Source: Blautia sp.
GTDB taxonomy: Bacteria; Bacillota; Clostridia; Lachnospirales; Lachnospiraceae
Assembly: GCA_030841965.1 (NCBI GenBank)
Contig: JAUUSJ010000004.1
Span: 3,006-67,005 of the forward strand
Direction of reading: 5' to 3'
Length of the DNA stretch: 64,000 nucleotides
Position 1 is the stretch's first letter; every line of letters starts with the position of its first letter. Under the pieces are notes generated by a model, which did not search any database, was not told the origin of the DNA, and was given only the letters and a program-made list of their open reading frames with translations. Below, piece by piece: positions 60,777-64,000 of the stretch. The position numbers and the translations under genes were made by a program.

Positions 60777-60868
60777 AAGAACCCCTCCTTTCGTAAGATT
60801 GGAGGGATTTTTCTTTCTCCCTCCGTAAAAAGAGGGCAAGTCGCCTTGGCTTGGCTTTCCCAAATACC

Positions 60869-60877
60869 ATTATACCA
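60869..60877 (-). promoter_or_regulatory. Extended -10 promoter of the toxin-2 mRNA
   Basis: Minus strand TGgTATAAT. The -35 is weak (CTGAAA). Confidence 0.5.
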
Positions 60878-61038
60878 CAAGTTTTCACTAGTTTCAGCTT
60901 ATTTTTCAATACGCAAAATATTCCCTATTTTCTTTGTATATCGCCGTGAATGAGTGTACTAACACAAGAATCTACGCAATATTTTACTTGTTTTGGTAGC
61001 AGAAGACAAAAAAACTGTATAACAACGAACACTTTAAC

Positions 61039-61069
61039 GAACTGGTATTCGGAACATCAGTTCTTTTTG
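61039..61069 (+). terminator. Intrinsic terminator (repeat family T, copy 2)
   Basis: GAACTGGT/ATCAGTTC hairpin followed by TTTTT. The flank CTTTAACGAACTGGTATTC is shared with copy 1. Confidence 0.5.
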
Positions 61070-61461
61070 CGTTCTTAAATTTTTCATTTTCTTGAAAACC
61101 ATAACATTTGATAACAAATCTAGTATTTTCTAGTAGTTTTCATTTGGCAGCAGGAGAAATAATTTTTTCTGAAACTGAGGTTTTCTGAGGTTTTTAAGTT
61201 CTTGCGCTGGCGCAATCTTGAGTATTCTTGAGTGAAGAAAAAGGGTATGCGCATTATTCACCCCCTTACTAATTTCCTCTGAAACTGGAGTATTCTGGAG
61301 CAATACAGCCGTTACAGATAAAAAGTTATATTTTCTCATTTTATCATCCGAAAAAATCTCATTTTTCTACTTTTTGCGAAAAATACCAGCCCCTCAACAG
61401 TTCCCCATTGATTCCGTTTATTGATAAGGTGGGGGGAGTAGTGTTCCCTGCTGCCATTTAG

Positions 61462-61497
61462 ACAAAAAAGAAAAGCCCTCTAAGCAAATAGAGGACT
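61462..61497 (-). terminator. Intrinsic terminator on the minus strand
   Basis: Minus strand: AGTCCTCT ... AGAGGGCT followed by TTTCTTTTTTG. Confidence 0.55.
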
Positions 61498-61563
61498 CTT
61501 CATGGTAGAAAAATATTATTTGAAAATCGCAAAAGAAAAAAAGACGAAAAAATTTTCATCTTG

Positions 61564-61592
61564 ATAATACCATATGGAAAAGGAATTTGCAA
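61564..61592 (-). promoter_or_regulatory. Minus-strand promoter driving a ~90-nt transcript
   Basis: Minus strand TTGCAA, a 17-nt spacer, and TGgTATTAT. The terminator at 61462-61497 lies downstream. Confidence 0.45.
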
Positions 61593-61671
61593 TATTTTCC
61601 TTGTTTTTATCTTATATAGCCGTGGATGAGGGTACAAAGAAAAGAAAAAGCGCAAAATTTTCCTTATTTTC

Positions 61672-61700
61672 TTGCAAAACTTAGGAAAATATGATATAGT
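61672..61700 (+). promoter_or_regulatory. Promoter of orphan sRNA 3
   Basis: TTGCAA, a 17-nt spacer, and TATAGT. Confidence 0.55.
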
Positions 61701-61706
61701 GATGAA

Positions 61707-61778
61707 GATAAAAGATACGATTTCCAAATCAAAAAGAGAGCTAACAACTTGTATTGGTTGTGTAGGCTCTCTTTTTTG
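61707..61778 (+). ncRNA. Candidate ~70-nt sRNA (promoter plus terminator, no ORF)
   Basis: The transcript ends in hairpin AGAGAGC...ACAAC/GGTTGT...GCTCTCT followed by TTTTTTG. It has no start codon with an SD. Confidence 0.35.
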
Positions 61779-62008
61779 TGTGTAATATTAAATAGTTACT
61801 AAGTTCACAGTACTTTTATGCCTGTGTTAAATTTTCATTTTTGCCTTTCATTAAGGCTTTTCATTTGCTAGTAGTTTATATATTTACTACCCTAAAAAGC
61901 GAAAACAAATTTTAATGTATGTATGTATTTGGTAAGCCAAATTCACTTTTACAATATTTTTATCTTGGATAATATAAAATTATGTTCATTTATTGTCGTT
62001 TTTTTTAA

Positions 62009-62037
62009 TTGCAAAAGTAGGCTTGTTATGATATACT
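62009..62037 (+). promoter_or_regulatory. Promoter of the 31-codon ORF
   Basis: TTGCAA, a 17-nt spacer, and TATACT. Confidence 0.55.
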
Positions 62038-62066
62038 CTATAAAAATTGAATAAGGAGGTAATACT

Positions 62067-62162
62067 ATGATAGATTATAAAAAAAGTATAATCAAACTGC
62101 TTGATAGATTGAATGAAACGCAGTTAAAAAGATTTTATAAGCTTCTAAAATCTTCATTGTAG
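62067..62162 (+). CDS. 31-aa helical mini-protein of unknown function
   Basis: MIDYKKSIIKLLDRLNETQLKRFYKLLKSSL. AAGGAGG lies 7 nt upstream, and it has a dedicated promoter and terminator. It is below the ORF-track cutoff. Confidence 0.45.
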   Translation: MIDYKKSIIKLLDRLNETQLKRFYKLLKSSL

Positions 62163-62182
62163 CACTTACATAAATTAGTGCA

Positions 62183-62218
62183 AAACCGTTACTGTTGCCG
62201 CAGTAGCGGTTTTTTTTG
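62183..62218 (+). terminator. Intrinsic terminator
   Basis: 11-bp hairpin AACCGTTACTG/CAGTAGCGGTT followed by TTTTTTT. Confidence 0.75.
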
Positions 62219-62250
62219 TTTGGTGTATATATCCTTATTATTATAAAAGT

Positions 62251-62280
62251 TTATCATTATTTATCATTGCTTATCGCTTT
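62251..62280. repeat. Three helically phased 10-bp direct repeats (TTATCATTAT / TTATCATTGC / TTATCGCTTT)
   Basis: Read directly from the sequence. Related ATCAT words occur at 62286 and 62302. Confidence 0.6.
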
Positions 62281-62425
62281 TCACAATCATAACAAATAAA
62301 TATCATTTTGTCTAGTCATAAAATATATAAAATATTGCTAATGTTTAGTGAAAAAAGTGTTGTTATAGTGACATATAGCGAAAAAAATATTAAACATATG
62401 GAAAATATTTATATTATCTTTAATT

Positions 62426-62770
62426 TTAGTTCAGCAATAAATCTAGTGCTTTCCATTGTTCCAGTGTTAAATTTGATAATTTTTGGAGCACTCTTTTCTG
62501 TGGTGTGTTTTCTTCTTTCATTGCATAACTAACTAACAAAATCAATTTGTCATCATCCGATAGTTTAGTGAACATTTCACCTTCACCAGTCCGAAGCCAC
62601 ATTTCATTTACATTAAACTCTTTGCACATTAAAATTAAAGTAGATTCGCTAGGAGTTATTTTCCCAACTTCATATGATGCTATAGTTTGACGTTTTACTC
62701 TTAGCCTATCTGCAAAATTTTGTTGCGTTAATCCTAATTCTTTTCTTAGTTGTTTTATTCTCTTATTCAT
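62426..62770 (-). CDS. XRE-family (Cro/CI-type) HTH repressor
   Basis: The start at MNKRIKQLRKELGLTQQNFADRLRVKRQTIASYEVGK has GAAAGGTGGTG upstream. The hydrophobic N-terminal extension in the track ORF runs through the promoter region. Confidence 0.85.
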   Translation of the reverse strand: MNKRIKQLRKELGLTQQNFADRLRVKRQTIASYEVGKITPSESTLILMCKEFNVNEMWLRTGEGEMFTKLSDDDKLILLVSYAMKEENTPQKRVLQKLSNLTLEQWKALDLLLN

Positions 62771-62792
62771 TAATTCACCACCTTTCAATATT

Positions 62793-62860
62793 ATGCTAAC
62801 AAAAAAAAGCAATTTAGTCAACAAAAAACTATTGACAAAAGCAATTAAAATGCTTATAAT
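62793..62860. promoter_or_regulatory. Divergent switch region: rightward consensus promoter, leftward promoter, and repeated operator-like words
   Basis: Rightward: TTGACA (62832-37), 17 nt, TATAAT (62855-60). Leftward: TTGACT, 17 nt, TAGCAT. AAAGCAATT is repeated at 62806 and 62838, 32 bp apart. Confidence 0.6.
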
Positions 62861-62910
62861 AGCAATATAATCAACAACAAACAATGACAACATAGAAAGG
62901 AAAATAAATA

Positions 62911-63111
62911 ATGCGAAAGAGTTTAATAACAAAAGTAAATCCTAATAATACAGTACTGATTACATATTCACAGGCAATAGAAAGGTATAACTTAGGCAGG
63001 AATAAAGTTTATGACCTTGCAAAAGAAGCAGATGCAATCATTAAGATTGGCAAGTCTGCAAGAATTGATATGAAGAAAATGGACGAATTCGTTTTGTCCT
63101 TTAAGGGGTGA
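62911..63111 (+). CDS. Excisionase-family / MerR-like HTH DNA-binding protein
   Basis: 66 aa. ITYSQAIERYNLGRNKVYDLAKEADAIIKIGKSARI fits the HTH_17 excisionase-type pattern. Confidence 0.7.
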   Translation: MRKSLITKVNPNNTVLITYSQAIERYNLGRNKVYDLAKEADAIIKIGKSARIDMKKMDEFVLSFKG

Positions 63112-64000
63112 TGGCTGTGACATATGATGAAGTGTTAGCGAGATTTCAAGATGTGAAAAGAAGAGGAGACACGGCAAAAGCCAAATGCCCTTGTCATGCG
63201 GATGAGAAAGCATCTCTTTCTATCACAAAAGAAAACAATAAAATATTGCTTCATTGCCACGCTGGTTGTGAAACTGCTGCCATTGTGGAAGCGGTAGGGC
63301 TTTCCATGCAAGACTTATATTCAGAGCCATTACAGACATCCAAGCCTGCATGGGTGAGACATGTAGAAAGGGTTAAAAATTCCACTCTTGAAGCTAGATA
63401 TGACTACATAGATAGTAAGGGCGAATATAGCTACTCGAAACTTCGCTTTCGTGGGAAATTACTTTGCTATGGTACATATGACTTTACAGCTGAAAGAATG
63501 TATTTAAGAGCCACAAAAAAGAAAGCAGACACGCTTTATTTTGGTAATGGCTCAGTAAAAAGTCTAAAACAGGCGATTGAGGAAGGAAAGACAATTTATA
63601 TTACAGAGGGGGAAAAAGATACCCTCTCATGTCAAAAGAACGGCTTAATTGCTGTCACATACGGAGGGGCTTCAGATTGGAAAAGAGAAAAAGCAATATT
63701 TTTTACAGATGCCATTGTAGTAATTCTAAGAGACAACGACACAGCAGGCAAGGAAACGGCATTAAAGATTTACAAGGATTTAAAAGACGTAACCAAAAAA
63801 ATCAGTATCAAGAATCCTATGCCAACCAAAGCAAAGGGGGATATTTCAGATTTCTTTGCTGAGGGTGGAACCGTTGATAAGTTGGAATTTCTTCCAGAAG
63901 AAGAACAACCAAAAGAGGAGATAGAAAAAGCTTTACTATTGGAGAGATTCCATAGAATGAATGATAGAACAGGAAAACCAATAGAAATCATAGACATGTA
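63111..64000 (+). CDS. Phage/plasmid-type DNA primase (CHC2 zinc finger plus TOPRIM), 3'-truncated by the window end
   Basis: This ORF is not in the track because it is open at the window end. The ATG overlaps the upstream stop (TGATG). Translation: MAVTYDEVLARF...CPCHADEKASLSI...LLHCHAGC (CHC2), IYITEGEKD and RDNDTAGKE (TOPRIM E and DxD). Confidence 0.8.
   Translation, partial: MAVTYDEVLARFQDVKRRGDTAKAKCPCHADEKASLSITKENNKILLHCHAGCETAAIVEAVGLSMQDLYSEPLQTSKPAWVRHVERVKNSTLEARYDYIDSKGEYSYSKLRFRGKLLCYGTYDFTAERMYLRATKKKADTLYFGNGSVKSLKQAIEEGKTIYITEGEKDTLSCQKNGLIAVTYGGASDWKREKAIFFTDAIVVILRDNDTAGKETALKIYKDLKDVTKKISIKNPMPTKAKGDISDFFAEGGTVDKLEFLPEEEQPKEEIEKALLLERFHRMNDRTGKPIEIIDM

Larger units (their letters stand above)
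58701..64000. mobile_element. Integrated phage-related / ICE-like island, partial; the right end lies beyond the window
   Basis: There is an abrupt shift to AT-rich, ORF-poor DNA after the cinA terminator. Phage-type genes are present: a DUF1492 sigma-like gene, an XRE repressor, an excisionase-family HTH and a CHC2-TOPRIM primase. Type I toxin modules are also present. No integrase is visible in the window. Confidence 0.55.

Noticed and set aside
62771-62932. 54-aa hydrophobic N-terminal extension of the XRE ORF in the track
   Set aside because: It is translated through the divergent promoter region. A strong SD precedes the internal ATG at 62770, and XRE HTH domains start at the N-terminus.
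63629-63997. ORFs 63629..63862 (+) and 63770..63997 (-)
   Set aside because: Both lie inside the open-ended primase reading frame, which has clear CHC2 and TOPRIM motifs.
1-64000. Search by eye for CRISPR arrays, tRNA/rRNA genes, IS elements with terminal inverted repeats, and known defence-system genes
   Set aside because: I recognised no regularly spaced direct-repeat array, no tRNA T-arm/acceptor signatures, no transposase or integrase ORF, and no recognisable defence gene families. A computational scan (tRNAscan-SE, Infernal, DefenseFinder or PADLOC) would be needed to confirm this.

Overview
This looks like a low-GC Firmicutes chromosome segment; the Clostridia/Lachnospiraceae-like gene order is an inference. 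From 1 to about 58.7 kb the genes are densely packed housekeeping genes, almost all on the plus strand. They include cspA, rarA, an SGNH/DUF4358/MBOAT/DHHW O-acylation cluster, two class-B PBPs, miaB-mutS-mutL-miaA, radC-mreBCD-mrdA-minCD-rodA-mgsA, yggS-sepF-ylmH, aroB-lspA-rluD, rpsO, metY, dtd, ftsK, fhs, folD and rimO-pgsA-cinA. One accessory surface-structure operon interrupts this block at 12.9-20.2 kb. It encodes a 1370-aa adhesin, a SipW-type signal peptidase and three TasA/camelysin-like proteins, the last carrying a sortase signal. After the cinA terminator (~58.7 kb) the sequence becomes visibly AT-rich and almost ORF-free for ~3.7 kb. That stretch holds a phage DUF1492 sigma-like gene, a dense set of consensus promoters and intrinsic terminators with no long ORFs, mosaic short repeats, and two mini-ORFs (25 and 29 aa) too short for the ORF track. 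With their convergent antisense RNAs, these mini-ORFs look like BsrG/SR4-type type I toxin-antitoxin modules. A lysogeny-type switch follows (XRE repressor, divergent excisionase-like HTH, CHC2-TOPRIM primase) and runs off the window end. The strongest leads are the type I TA and small-RNA island and the SipW/TasA-like/sortase operon. I recognised no rRNA, tRNA or CRISPR array by eye. All calls come from reading motifs; no searches were run.
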